The notes under the pieces were generated by a model, which saw only the letters and a program-made list of their open reading frames with translations, was not told the DNA's origin and did not search any database. Positions 48,802 to 58,725 of a stretch of 64,000 nucleotides of DNA are shown piece by piece. The stretch's first letter is position 1; each line of letters starts with the position of its first letter. A program made the position numbers and the translations under genes. Origin of the DNA: Sedimentisphaerales bacterium (GTDB lineage Bacteria; Planctomycetota; Phycisphaerae; Sedimentisphaerales; Anaerobacaceae); the NCBI GenBank assembly GCA_963708075.1, contig OY970194.1:4288001-4352000 (forward strand). Direction: 5' to 3'.

Positions 48802-51597
48802 ATGAGTAAAGACTGCGTCCGAGTACTGCTCGTGGAGGATAGCCCCTCCGATGCCTTGTTGCTGTGCGAGTCGCTTGAGAACTACCCGCTCCAGAAGTTC
48901 GAGATCGAGCATGCCGAGCGGTTGGACGAGGCCATTGCCCTGTTGGCGCAGAGGTCCTTCGATGTGATCCTGCAGGACCTGAACCTGCCGGACAGCGGCG
49001 GCATGGAGACCTGCCGGCAGATTTCCCGTGCGGCGGGCCAGACGCCGGTCATCGTCTTGACCGGCGCCGATGACGAAGCGGCTGCGGCCGAGGCGATGTG
49101 CCTGGGGGTCCAGGATTACCTGGTCAAAGGACAGACGCACGGCGGCGTGATTGGGCGGACGATACGCTATACCGTCGAGCGCAGCCAGTCACAACAGGCC
49201 CTGCATGAGGCGAACGAACAGCTCCAGGAGCAAGCCGAGGAGCTGCAAAACCGGGCCGAAGAGTTGCAGGCGCAGGCGGAGGAGTTGACGACCGCCAACG
49301 AAGAGCTGCGGGAAAGCGAGCAAGCCCTGCACGAGGCTGAAGAGCGGCTGCATCTGGCGATGGAGTCCGGGAAGGTGGGCGCCTGGGAGTGGGAGGTCGC
49401 CACGGAGGATGAGGAGTGGTCGCAAGGGGTTTATATGCTGCTCGGCTATCAGCCCGGCCAAGTGCGCGCCACTCGCAAGGCGTTCCGCCAGCGCATACAT
49501 CCGCAGGACCTTGCCCGTCAGGAACAGGCCTTGCGAGAATCGATGGAACGGTGTGAAGACTACTCCTGTGAGTTCCGCGTCGTCTGGACGGATAGCTCCG
49601 TGCACTGGGTCGAGGCACGGGGCCAATATGTCTATACGGAAAATGAGGGTAGCACCGCGCTGCGGATGCGCGGGATTCTCTCCGACATCGACAGGAGAAA
49701 GCAGGCTGAGGAAGCATTGCGTGAGAGCGAGGAGCGGCACCGGCGGTTGATCGAGAACCTCAAGGGCTCTCATTTCATCTACGTGCATGACACGAAGGGA
49801 GTGTTCCAGTACCTGGGCGAGTCGGTCACCGACATCCTCGGCTATACGCCGGAGGAATTCATGACTCACTACAGCAAATACATGACAGATCATCCCGTCA
49901 ATCAGGCTGTTTACCGGCATACGGAACTGAGCATTCAGGGGATCCGTCAGCCGCCCTACGAGGTCAACATTTGGCACAAGGACGGATCGAGCCGGTGGCT
50001 GGAGGTGCAGGAAGTGCCGGTTCTTGATACGATGGGCAAGGTGGTCGCGGTCGAGGGCGTGGCCCAGGACATCACCGAGCGTAAGCAAGCCGAAGAGGCA
50101 TTGCGTCAGAGTGAGCGGGAATTCCGGAGTACGTTCGAAAACGCCGCCATCGGGATCGCTCACGTCGCCCTGGATGGACACATCCGGCAATTCAACAATC
50201 GATTCTGCGATATCGCCGGCTATTCCCCCGAGGATATCATCGGCAAGACCTGCGAGGAAATCACGTTTGCCGACGACTGGAAAGCGGAGAAGGAGCAGAT
50301 GCAGCTTCTTCTCGGCGGGCGCATCGATCATTACTTCATCGAGAAGCGCTACATCCGCCTGGGCGGCAGCCCCGTCTGGGTCAATCTGACGCGCTCGATC
50401 CAGCGAGACGAAGCGGGCCAGGCGGAGTATTTCATCGTCCTCGTCGAGGACATCTCTGAGCGAAAGCAGGCGGAGGAGGCGCTGCGCAATTTGAACGCAA
50501 CGCTGGAGAGCCGGGTCGCCCAGCGAACGGCGGAACTGAAGCGCCGGACGAAGCAACTCCAGAAACTGACGCTCGATATGTCCGAGGCCGAGGATCGGGA
50601 GCGCAAACGGTTGGCGGAGATCCTGCACGACGACTTGCAGCAGGTGCTGGCGGCGGCGAAGTTCCATCTGAGCGTGATGAGGAACCAGGCCCGGCATGAT
50701 CCGTCCCTGCAGGACATCGGCACGGAGATCGACCAGATGCTCCGAGAGGCCATCGAGAAGACGCGGAGCCTGTCTCACGAGCTCAGTCCGGCCGTGCTGC
50801 GTCAGGACGATCTGGCGGAGATGCTCAAATGGTTGGCAGGCCGGGTACAGGCCAAGCACGGCCTGGTCGTTCATGTGCGCGCCCACGGCCAGGTGAATAC
50901 GCAGACGGATGCACTCAAGGCGTTCCTGTACAAGGCAGCCCAGGAGCTGCTGTTCAATACAGTCAAGCACGCCCAGGTAAACGAGGCTCGAATCCGGGTC
51001 CGCCGGGTGGGGCGGCGCATTTGCCTTTCCGTTTCGGATCGTGGACGCGGGTTCGACGTGCAGGAGATCGGGCAAACCGCTGGATTCGGGCTTCTGAGTA
51101 TCCGCGAGCGCATCGAGTTGCTCGGCGGCCGGATGAAGATCAGGAGCACCAAAGGCAAAGGCAGCACGTTCGTGATCGCCGTACCCGATGGCAAGGTCGA
51201 GCCGGAACCGACCGGCCGCGCACAGAGTGAGGACACCCGTCGCCTGCGAGTGCTCCTGGCCGACGACCACGAGATCGTGCGGGAAGGGCTGGCAGCGCTG
51301 CTGGGTGAAGAGTCGAGCGTCGAGGTGATTGGAGGAGCCTCAAACGGTCGCGAGGCGGTGGACTTGGCCGACCGGCTCGAGCCTGACGTGGTAATCATGG
51401 ATGTGTCCATGCCCCTGATGAGCGGAGATGAGGCCACACGCCAAATCAAGCAGAACCTGCCGAACACGCGAGTGGTCGCGCTCTCCATGTCCGCGGACCC
51501 CGACACGGCCGAGAGGATGCACGCCGCCGGCGCCGAGGCGTACGTCCTCAAAACCGCCCCCTCCGAGGAGCTGCTCGCCGCTATCCGAGGAGACTGA
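48802..51597 (+). CDS. Hybrid kinase: REC, coiled coil, three PAS, HisKA_3, HATPase, REC
   Basis: VLLVED, ERKRLAEILHDDLQQ, GFGLLSIRER, VLLADDH. Confidence 0.92.
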   Translation: MSKDCVRVLLVEDSPSDALLLCESLENYPLQKFEIEHAERLDEAIALLAQRSFDVILQDLNLPDSGGMETCRQISRAAGQTPVIVLTGADDEAAAAEAMCLGVQDYLVKGQTHGGVIGRTIRYTVERSQSQQALHEANEQLQEQAEELQNRAEELQAQAEELTTANEELRESEQALHEAEERLHLAMESGKVGAWEWEVATEDEEWSQGVYMLLGYQPGQVRATRKAFRQRIHPQDLARQEQALRESMERCEDYSCEFRVVWTDSSVHWVEARGQYVYTENEGSTALRMRGILSDIDRRKQAEEALRESEERHRRLIENLKGSHFIYVHDTKGVFQYLGESVTDILGYTPEEFMTHYSKYMTDHPVNQAVYRHTELSIQGIRQPPYEVNIWHKDGSSRWLEVQEVPVLDTMGKVVAVEGVAQDITERKQAEEALRQSEREFRSTFENAAIGIAHVALDGHIRQFNNRFCDIAGYSPEDIIGKTCEEITFADDWKAEKEQMQLLLGGRIDHYFIEKRYIRLGGSPVWVNLTRSIQRDEAGQAEYFIVLVEDISERKQAEEALRNLNATLESRVAQRTAELKRRTKQLQKLTLDMSEAEDRERKRLAEILHDDLQQVLAAAKFHLSVMRNQARHDPSLQDIGTEIDQMLREAIEKTRSLSHELSPAVLRQDDLAEMLKWLAGRVQAKHGLVVHVRAHGQVNTQTDALKAFLYKAAQELLFNTVKHAQVNEARIRVRRVGRRICLSVSDRGRGFDVQEIGQTAGFGLLSIRERIELLGGRMKIRSTKGKGSTFVIAVPDGKVEPEPTGRAQSEDTRRLRVLLADDHEIVREGLAALLGEESSVEVIGGASNGREAVDLADRLEPDVVIMDVSMPLMSGDEATRQIKQNLPNTRVVALSMSADPDTAERMHAAGAEAYVLKTAPSEELLAAIRGD

Positions 51598-51599
51598 GC

Positions 51600-51775
51600 C
51601 GAGCAGCCAGCGTGGGGTAACCGCCGACGGCTTCCATAAGCAGGTCGAAGATGCCGTAGCTGACCTCGTGGTCAGGGAACGCCGCGAAACCGCTGGCCAC
51701 ATAATGATTGAATAAATCGATGATCTCCTCGCGGTCCGCGGGCGAGATGGGGTTCAGTCGTACTTCCGTCCGCAT
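51600..51775 (-). pseudogene. Truncated GNAT (phosphinothricin acetyltransferase-like) N-terminus
   Basis: GGAGG RBS; DREEIIDLFNHYVASGFAAF; runs into the convergent kinase 3' end after about 58 codons with no acetyl-CoA motif. Confidence 0.65.
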
Positions 51776-51833
51776 ACCACCTCCCCCGGCGAGCACGAGG
51801 CAATCGCATGCCCTCGTGCCCGGAAAAAAAAAG

Positions 51834-51906
51834 TACCCCCAAGGGGAGTCGAACCCCTGTCTCCAGGATGAGAACCTGATATCCTAGGCCACTAGACGAT
51901 GGGGGC
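51834..51906 (-). tRNA. tRNA-Glu (CTC)
   Basis: GCCCCCATCGTCTAGTGGCCTAGGA..TTCTCAT..GGTTCGACTCC. Confidence 0.97.
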
Positions 51907-51912
51907 ACTACG

Positions 51913-51986
51913 TAGCGGCGGTCGGATTCGAACCGACGACCCTGGGCTTATGAATCCCATGCTCTAACCAACTGAGCTACACCGCC
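51913..51986 (-). tRNA. tRNA with CAT anticodon, most likely elongator Met
   Basis: GGCGGTGTAGCTCAGTTGGTTAGAGC..TTCATAA..GGTTCGAATCC; lacks the initiator C1 mismatch; Ile2 not excluded. Confidence 0.93.
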
Positions 51987-52001
51987 GCAGTCAAAAAGTA
52001 T

Positions 52002-52030
52002 AGCATAAGGGCGAGGGGCACCGCTGTCAA
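52002..52030 (-). promoter_or_regulatory. Promoter of the tRNA pair
   Basis: TTGACA-N17-TATGCT. Confidence 0.7.
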
Positions 52031-52215
52031 CGGGGGTCGCGGAAAAAATGCTGTCAGCCGCCACTTCCGCCGCCAGAATCGCGATTTTCGCATCTACATT
52101 CGGCGAGCCTCACCCGCCATCATACAATAGAAATCGCGAAAAGGTTCGTCGCGGCCTATGGATGGCGCCCCTGTGGACAGGCCATTGTGGCCGAATTTGC
52201 CACAGATGGGCTGCT

Positions 52216-52416
52216 ATGGTTGAGCAGACGTGCACGCAATGCCGGTTTTTCTCGTCGGCCCCGACCTGGATCGGGCCGTCTACCTGGGGCTATTGCACGA
52301 AACAACTCAGCCAAGCCGTGCGGCGGGACGTGCAGGACGCCCAACCCGCCTTCACATGGTCCGACGCCACGTGCGACAGCTTCGAATCCGGCTCGCAGTC
52401 CGTGCCCTGCGGCTGA
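52216..52416 (+). CDS. Small Cys-rich protein (66 aa), putative metal-binding
   Basis: CTQCRFF...WGYC...TWSDATCDSF. Confidence 0.5.
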   Translation: MVEQTCTQCRFFSSAPTWIGPSTWGYCTKQLSQAVRRDVQDAQPAFTWSDATCDSFESGSQSVPCG

Positions 52417-52834
52417 GGCGGCACCCGCCCACGCCGCGGCACGTCGTACCTCCAACGCCGGGCAGAGGGCGCAACTCCCTCCTTCCGTGTGCCCTCTGCC
52501 GGCCCATTTCCTCGTTCCTGCTGCCTCATTGCAGGCAGTGCCGGGGCGGTACATTGTTCCAGCTTGCCAAGCAGGTTGTGCGAGGGCCCGGACTTGAGGA
52601 TTGCCGGTCCGATAAACCTCGCCCGAAGGACCTGAAGCGAATGCCCTGAGGCTCGGGGGTATTTCCCACGGAGCTTGTTGACCTGAGGATACGGTGCTGG
52701 TAGCATTGGCTTGGCTATTGTGACTCCGTGTGGGGTCTGCAACGGACAGGCAGAGAGGAACTCTCAGCGATCCGCGGCGGCTCTGTCAAAAGACTGGGCA
52801 TCGGCCGGCCGGCTTACAGAAAAGGAGGTCCGCA

Positions 52835-53281
52835 ATGAGATATGTTTGCATCATCGCGTTCGCGGCGACGGTCACGCTCGCCGGCTGTCACTCGGACATT
52901 GTCACCACCAGCTACCTGAAAGAGCTCGACCAGAAGTGCGTCTACATCGCACCGGTGCAGAGCGAGGACCCGCAGGTCGGGCAGGTGATCCGGGACGTAC
53001 TGGAGAAGGAGTTCATCCGCAAGAAGATCACGTTGTGCGATCCGAACTCGGCGACCGTGATCGTCACGGGTGCCACGTTCATGACCACCCGGGCCAATTC
53101 GAGCAGCAACCTGTTGTCCAGCTCAGCCATCACTGCCCAGGCGTGCGAGAGCGTGTCCATCGCGGCCCGGGACCGCGAGAACCACGTTCTGCTGTCCGCG
53201 TCCTACGACAACCGGGACCGCAGCACCGTCAGCCAGTTCGCAAAAAGCTTCGGCTCGGCGCTGGCCGGCAAGTTCCGATAA
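52835..53281 (+). CDS. Lipoprotein of unknown function
   Basis: AAGGAGG RBS, lipobox LAGC. Confidence 0.8.
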   Translation: MRYVCIIAFAATVTLAGCHSDIVTTSYLKELDQKCVYIAPVQSEDPQVGQVIRDVLEKEFIRKKITLCDPNSATVIVTGATFMTTRANSSSNLLSSSAITAQACESVSIAARDRENHVLLSASYDNRDRSTVSQFAKSFGSALAGKFR

Positions 53282-53325
53282 TAGACGGCAGGAACGCACT
53301 GCCCTCGTGGCGAGCAGCGATTCGT

Positions 53326-55191
53326 TCACCGGACGATTGTTACGCCGGCGGGCGCTTGGATGTCGCTTTGCACGGTGCCGTCGGGGCGTTTCTCGTGCCT
53401 GACGCGGATAATCCCCAGCGGCGTGGGAAAGGTCCCCTCCGCCCAGTCCAGGTCGGCCAGGTGCGGGTCGATCCGCACCGTGCGGCACCCGGGCTCCACG
53501 ACCTCGACCCCGAGGACATGCTCGGATAGCCATGCGGTGGGACCCGAGGCCCAGCCGTGGCAGAGGCTGTGGCGAAATCCCTTGTAGCAATAGTTGCCGA
53601 AATCGCCGTGGATATCCTTCTTGCCCGGCGGCACGACCTCGTCGATGCGGGCGGCGTCGGCCGTCCACTCAAGGTCGAAATCCTCCCAGAACGTCGTGGC
53701 CCCGAGATCGAGCATGGCGCCCCAGTACTGGCGGACACAGTCCAGAGCACCCTGGTAATCGCCGGCCAGGGCCCGGGCCTGAAGGACGTAGTAGCCGTAG
53801 AATGTTGACATCCTGCGGGCCCCGTCCACAGCCATCACTTGCTTATTGAGCTTTACAGGATCATCCAGGCCTGCCAGTGCGATCAGGGCCGCCGCCTGCT
53901 TGCTGCCGGCGGGGTCGGGAATGTGCTTGCCCAATCGCTCCACCGCCGCCTTGCACGTGTCCCGTGTGGCGGGCTCATCGAGGACTTCGCAAAGCTGCGC
54001 CCCGGCCCGCAGAGTCATCGTCATCAGCGCGTGCAGGCCGGCGTGGATGGCCGGCGCATTTTCGCTACTGGGCCAGTCCAGGAACCGATGCGCCGGCAGG
54101 TTCTCCCGATTGTCCGGGCCGATGCTCCGAGCCAGCAGGTCCAGCAGGCCGGTCAGGTACGGCTTCTGCCCGCGCAGATACTCCAGATCGCCCGTGTGCT
54201 GGTACCAGGAGTGTTGGATCAGCACCCACCACATGGAGTAGGAGCTGATGCCGTTCATCCACTTCGGCAACGGCGTCTCGTCGCGGATCAGGTCCAGGCT
54301 CTTCGGCACAACCTCGCCGGCCCCGAACACGGCGCAAATGCTCATCGCCTCCGGGTGCATGTCGCCGATCCAGACGAGCCGGTCGCGCTTGATGCCATCC
54401 CAGAGGTAGTCCTGCATGTTCAGGTGCACCGTGTACGCACCCGTCTGCCAGATGCGGTTGAGACGCTCGTCACTGCAGCGGAACGACCCTTTGTACTCGA
54501 TATCGCGGTAAATGAAGACAGCGCGGACAGCCTTGAACTGCACGAAACTGTCGGCGTCCGCCAGGTCGATCCGCACGAACCGAAAGCCCGTATTGCCGAT
54601 CTCGGCCGTGCCCAGCCAGGGAACGAGGAGGCTCTGGTCGCGAATGGCGTGGTCGTTCGTGGCGTTCTTGTCGCCGCCCAACTCGGCCATGGCCTCGCTG
54701 ACCGACTCGCCGAACCGCACGCGCAGCCGGACCGGCTTGTTGCCCTTCGTGTTCCAGACCATGATCTGCACGCCGCCATGCAGTTCGACGCCAAAATCAA
54801 GCAGGACGCCCGCCTTATCGCGCAGCACGCAAGGACTCGACGCATCGAGCGTGACCTGCCCCGTGCGCTTTGTCAACAGTGCCTCTGCATTCTCCACCCC
54901 CTTCTCACTGTGCCAGACGATGCGGCTGGGCCAAACGTACCGCCGCACCCGCGCATCGGCATCCACGCGAGCCGCGGCCTGTGGACGATCGACCGGCAAT
55001 GGTAACAGGCCCACTTGCGCTGAACTTGTCTCAATGCCGGCGCCTGCCGACAGCAGCCAAAGCGCGAGCGCAATACGTCGTCCCAAAGATCGTTGAATAG
55101 ATAAATGAAATGGCCCTGAGCGGCCGGATTCGTTCTTACGGTTCAAGTTTTGAGCCATTTTATTTATCCATTCAAAAGGCAATCCTGTCAT
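53326..55191 (-). CDS. Alpha-L-rhamnosidase-like glycoside hydrolase family 78
   Basis: GFRFV, WDGIKRDRLVWIGD, GATTFWE, SLCHGWAS; start uncertain. Confidence 0.9.
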   Translation of the reverse strand: MTGLPFEWINKMAQNLNRKNESGRSGPFHLSIQRSLGRRIALALWLLSAGAGIETSSAQVGLLPLPVDRPQAAARVDADARVRRYVWPSRIVWHSEKGVENAEALLTKRTGQVTLDASSPCVLRDKAGVLLDFGVELHGGVQIMVWNTKGNKPVRLRVRFGESVSEAMAELGGDKNATNDHAIRDQSLLVPWLGTAEIGNTGFRFVRIDLADADSFVQFKAVRAVFIYRDIEYKGSFRCSDERLNRIWQTGAYTVHLNMQDYLWDGIKRDRLVWIGDMHPEAMSICAVFGAGEVVPKSLDLIRDETPLPKWMNGISSYSMWWVLIQHSWYQHTGDLEYLRGQKPYLTGLLDLLARSIGPDNRENLPAHRFLDWPSSENAPAIHAGLHALMTMTLRAGAQLCEVLDEPATRDTCKAAVERLGKHIPDPAGSKQAAALIALAGLDDPVKLNKQVMAVDGARRMSTFYGYYVLQARALAGDYQGALDCVRQYWGAMLDLGATTFWEDFDLEWTADAARIDEVVPPGKKDIHGDFGNYCYKGFRHSLCHGWASGPTAWLSEHVLGVEVVEPGCRTVRIDPHLADLDWAEGTFPTPLGIIRVRHEKRPDGTVQSDIQAPAGVTIVR

Positions 55192-57006
55192 TCGTCTCCA
55201 CCTCATCTTCGCTGCTCGAAGCCCCAGCCGGCCACTCGCTTGGCATCTTCAATTCCTGCGGAATCGCGCTGCCTATTTTGCTCGCCAGTGGTCTGCCTGT
55301 CAATACGCCACAGTGACGGATTTGGAGACAACGCGCATCGCCTAATTGCAGCATGGAGCGAATACTCCCTTATGCAAGACGTGCCCCCGTTTACGCCCCC
55401 CGAAGTCCCCGAAGACACGACCCTTTCACCCCTCAGGAGAAGAGTTGTCGATATGGATAGTCTCCCATCCTCCTCTGATACAATAATTCGTTAATTAAAG
55501 ATGTGATTCTTCTTCCCCTGAATGTCAACCCCTATTCTGGCAACAGCCCGTCAGGACGTGACCCCGTCTCCCCCTTTCCCCCCTTCTGAGTCCTGAGGAA
55601 GTCTCCCAATTGTTCATCTGAGCCCTGGCTCTCACTTCCCCTCGGAGTAAATATGTCGGGGTCCGAACTCTGTTTCTGCCCGCGTCTTTGAAATCGTGCT
55701 GGGTGGATTCGCTTAGGCTGCCACCAGACCCGCGTGACGCGCCCTATTATGCTCTTTCTTGGCACGGGTCCATGATAACGGCTGTCATCGCCAGTCGTGC
55801 GGTCATCGCTGAGAACGAAATAGTACCCTTCCGAAACGCGATATGGTTCAGCAACGGCGTAGGAAAGCCAGGAAGCCTCCCAATTCGCCACCTCCGGGCG
55901 GAAGAACGGGTGAAGCCGCCTTGTGGCAGCAGGCTCCCTATGCTCTCCATCGACAAAAATAACGCCGTTCCGGACCTGCACAGTCTCTCCTCCGCGTGCG
56001 ACGATACGGCTCAACCTGATCTGTCTGCTTTTCCCCTTGTCCAAAGCAGATTCCGGCAAAGTAAATAGGATGATATCGCCGATTTCAGGGTCCCTGTACC
56101 TGTAGGTCATCATGTCCACTATGCAATGGGAGCCGTGCGGCACTGTCGGCATCATACTGTTGCCGTTCCAGATCAGGTTCTCAACTAAGAATGTGCGCCG
56201 TGTTGCCCGGAGCGCGTAGCTACCCACAAGCGTCGCTGCAACAACACCGGCAAGGAGCCACGCGGTTCGCCAAGTGCGATTGTCCTTTTCACGCGTGCCC
56301 ATGAGAAGAGCATGAGCGCAGGCGAGTGATCGGAGGATCAGGACGCCTGCCTTGCCAGCGAGGCTTGCGAGTGACACAGGGACAAGCCACAAGTACAGGC
56401 AAAGGAAAAGAAATCCGATGTGAGAACGCCATCGTCGTTCGTGGAGTTGTCCGAGTCCCGGAACGAGCGAAGTCAGAAAGACTGGGAAATACGCACGCTG
56501 TGCCGGTCCTCGCATGGATTCGATATCGACGGAATGGAGCCTCCTCGTGGTCTGAAATGCATCTGCGGATGCAGCCGCGCGAAAGAACTTCGGTACAAGG
56601 AAGCTAAGGCCCACCGCCAAACCATCGGCCAGATAGCCCGATATGAGCAATGACCCCAGGATAGCCCCAAACAGGCAGAAGAGTAAGAAAGACCCGATTC
56701 CACGCAGGTAGGCCCCGCAATACAGATGGCCAGCGCCAGGTAGCAACCACGATAAGCTGGCAGCCAACCATGGATATCCTCGTGGCAAGATGAGTGTCTT
56801 GTGTGGATCGAAAATGCTCATACTCTCGTCATCTCATTGGCTAGCGAGTTCTATATTGGGCGCATTAACACTCGAAGTGCAACACGGCTCTGGAATACTA
56901 GGGACAGCCACTTATTTCTGGTCCACAGTAATAGGTGACTGCCCACGTTGACAAAGGACAATGACATCATCCGTCTCCATATCATCTTCGTTGCTCGAAG
57001 GACCAG
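55188..57006. mobile_element. Cassette bounded by 40-bp imperfect direct repeats
   Basis: 55188-55227 and 56967-57006 match at 34/40 positions; interior visibly more AT-rich. Confidence 0.6.
55532..56821 (-). CDS. Signal peptidase I (S26)-like protein with multi-TM N-terminus; catalytic Lys apparently lost
   Basis: Two PG(A/L)G(H/Q)L membrane repeats, GNSMMPT, GDIILF, LSRIVARGGE, DSRYHG. Confidence 0.78.
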   Translation of the reverse strand: MSIFDPHKTLILPRGYPWLAASLSWLLPGAGHLYCGAYLRGIGSFLLFCLFGAILGSLLISGYLADGLAVGLSFLVPKFFRAAASADAFQTTRRLHSVDIESMRGPAQRAYFPVFLTSLVPGLGQLHERRWRSHIGFLFLCLYLWLVPVSLASLAGKAGVLILRSLACAHALLMGTREKDNRTWRTAWLLAGVVAATLVGSYALRATRRTFLVENLIWNGNSMMPTVPHGSHCIVDMMTYRYRDPEIGDIILFTLPESALDKGKSRQIRLSRIVARGGETVQVRNGVIFVDGEHREPAATRRLHPFFRPEVANWEASWLSYAVAEPYRVSEGYYFVLSDDRTTGDDSRYHGPVPRKSIIGRVTRVWWQPKRIHPARFQRRGQKQSSDPDIFTPRGSESQGSDEQLGDFLRTQKGGKGETGSRPDGLLPE

Positions 57007-58382
57007 AATCGGATGCCGAAGGGCTCCAGCGACGCGCGGATCGTCGGCTGGTCCACCTTGACTTCGAAGGAGCGATCGGGTCGCAGACGCGCGATCTCGT
57101 CGTTGCTTGGCGTGGCGGCGTCGAGGAGGATTGGCTTGGCGGTCAGGGGGCCGGGGACATCTTTCAGGGTCATTTCCACCTGAGTGGGCGAGTTGGAGAA
57201 ATTCCACAGCAGGACATTGTACTGATAGGCGGAGTAACGGTCATCGCGAGCCGCAAATGCATGGACGCTCGGGCCGCTGGAGGTCACGGCCAGGCGGTCG
57301 CCGGTCAGGTGGGACAGCAGCTTGAATGTGAAGTAGGCGGGCCGGACGTTGTCCTGGAAATCAAACAGGCCGTCGAACTGCGGCATGCGGTTCCACCAGC
57401 CGGCCATGAACGCCGTGCCGCTCGCGGACATGAACGGGGCAAATCGCTCGAACTGCACATGGTAGTCGCGGATGTGGTAGTAGCACGAGTAGTCCAAACC
57501 TGCCTCCTTCATCTGCCAGGCGACCTCGGCCACAAAGCACGGCTGAATCGGTGCATCGGAGGGTGAGCCGAGGTTCAGGTTCCACTCGTCGAGAAACGTC
57601 TCGGGGTGCAGGTCCGGGTACTTCTTGAGCAGGGCTTGAACGCCGTCAATCGTGCCGCGAATCTGCTTCGGGTCGCTGCTGTAGATGTGCCAGGAGACAA
57701 AGTGCAGCGGCGCCTTGTCCTTGCCGGCGAAATCCAGCAGCGCCGGCAGGATGGGCGAGCCCCACCAGGCGAGGGCCGGGCCGCCAACCAGGGCGTTGGG
57801 GTCGGCGTGGAGGATGGCGGAGACGGTGTGCTGATAGTAGCGGCAATAGCTGTCCGGCTTGAAGCGATAAGGGCAGCCGCCGCTCTCGCCGATGTCCGGC
57901 TCGTTGGCGACCTCCCAGTAACGGATGCCGGCGCCGCGCCGGCGGTAGTGCCGGACGAGCTGGAAAATCAGCTCCTCCCACTGCCCGTAATCGTTCGGCT
58001 CGACGATGTCGTGATCGACCACGGGGAACAGGACGCGGGGCTTGAAGCAGATGCACATGAGCGGCTTGGCCCCCGTCCGCAGGATCGTGTCCACGCTGCG
58101 GTCGAGCGTCTCGAAGTGGTACTTGCCCTTGGCGGGCAGCAGGTCGAAATACTCCTGGATGAACAGGCGGATGATCGCGGGACCCAGCGCCCGAATCTCG
58201 GCGATACGATTGTCCCACATCGGGTCCTCGGACAGCCCCCCTTGCCCAAGCGCGAACCGCTCTATCTTCATCGGTCCCAGCCGCTCATTCAGCGACACGG
58301 TCACCTGCACCGGCTCGCCCTGAGCCAGTAGCCCCGCAGCACACAGCCAACTCGTCACCACCGCGAGAATGCATCTGTTCAT
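56982..58382 (-). CDS. Secreted GH39-like glycoside hydrolase
   Basis: Signal peptide, YWEVANEPD, VGGPAL, FVSWHIY, LDEWN. Confidence 0.85.
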   Translation of the reverse strand: MNRCILAVVTSWLCAAGLLAQGEPVQVTVSLNERLGPMKIERFALGQGGLSEDPMWDNRIAEIRALGPAIIRLFIQEYFDLLPAKGKYHFETLDRSVDTILRTGAKPLMCICFKPRVLFPVVDHDIVEPNDYGQWEELIFQLVRHYRRRGAGIRYWEVANEPDIGESGGCPYRFKPDSYCRYYQHTVSAILHADPNALVGGPALAWWGSPILPALLDFAGKDKAPLHFVSWHIYSSDPKQIRGTIDGVQALLKKYPDLHPETFLDEWNLNLGSPSDAPIQPCFVAEVAWQMKEAGLDYSCYYHIRDYHVQFERFAPFMSASGTAFMAGWWNRMPQFDGLFDFQDNVRPAYFTFKLLSHLTGDRLAVTSSGPSVHAFAARDDRYSAYQYNVLLWNFSNSPTQVEMTLKDVPGPLTAKPILLDAATPSNDEIARLRPDRSFEVKVDQPTIRASLEPFGIRFWSFEQRR

Positions 58383-58571
58383 GCCTTGCCCTTTCATGCA
58401 CGTCACCCGTGTCATGGCGGTCCATTCTATCCGAGCGGACGCGCATGGCAACAAGCCAGTCCCGGCAGCAGGATCCAACAGCAAGATCGCGCAGAGATAG
58501 AGCGGCAGTGTGTGTCTATCGGTCCTCAGCTAGCCAGTCCAAGTCCCCCGGGTGGCACCGCCAAACTCGTT

Positions 58572-58725
58572 GGGTTCGTCCCAAATCCTCGAGATAGACC
58601 TGGTGCAAACTACCGAGACGGGTGGCATCGTCAAGGCCGAAGGCCTTGGCGATGGCGAATGGGCGAACCATCGCCAAGCTGCGCTTGACGCTGCCACCCA
58701 ATACTCAACAAATTGGGACGAACCC
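58572..58725. mobile_element. 154-bp MITE copy in a REP loop
   Basis: Same 13-bp TIRs; AACTCGTT direct repeats at 58564-58571 and 58726-58733. Confidence 0.85.

Noticed and set aside
49189..51270. 693-aa antisense ORF and similar long antisense ORFs elsewhere
   Set aside because: Expected shadows of high-GC coding strands with no motifs of their own
55369..55380. 12-mer CTTATGCAAGAC shared with 62686-62697
   Set aside because: Short match without flanking similarity; compatible with chance
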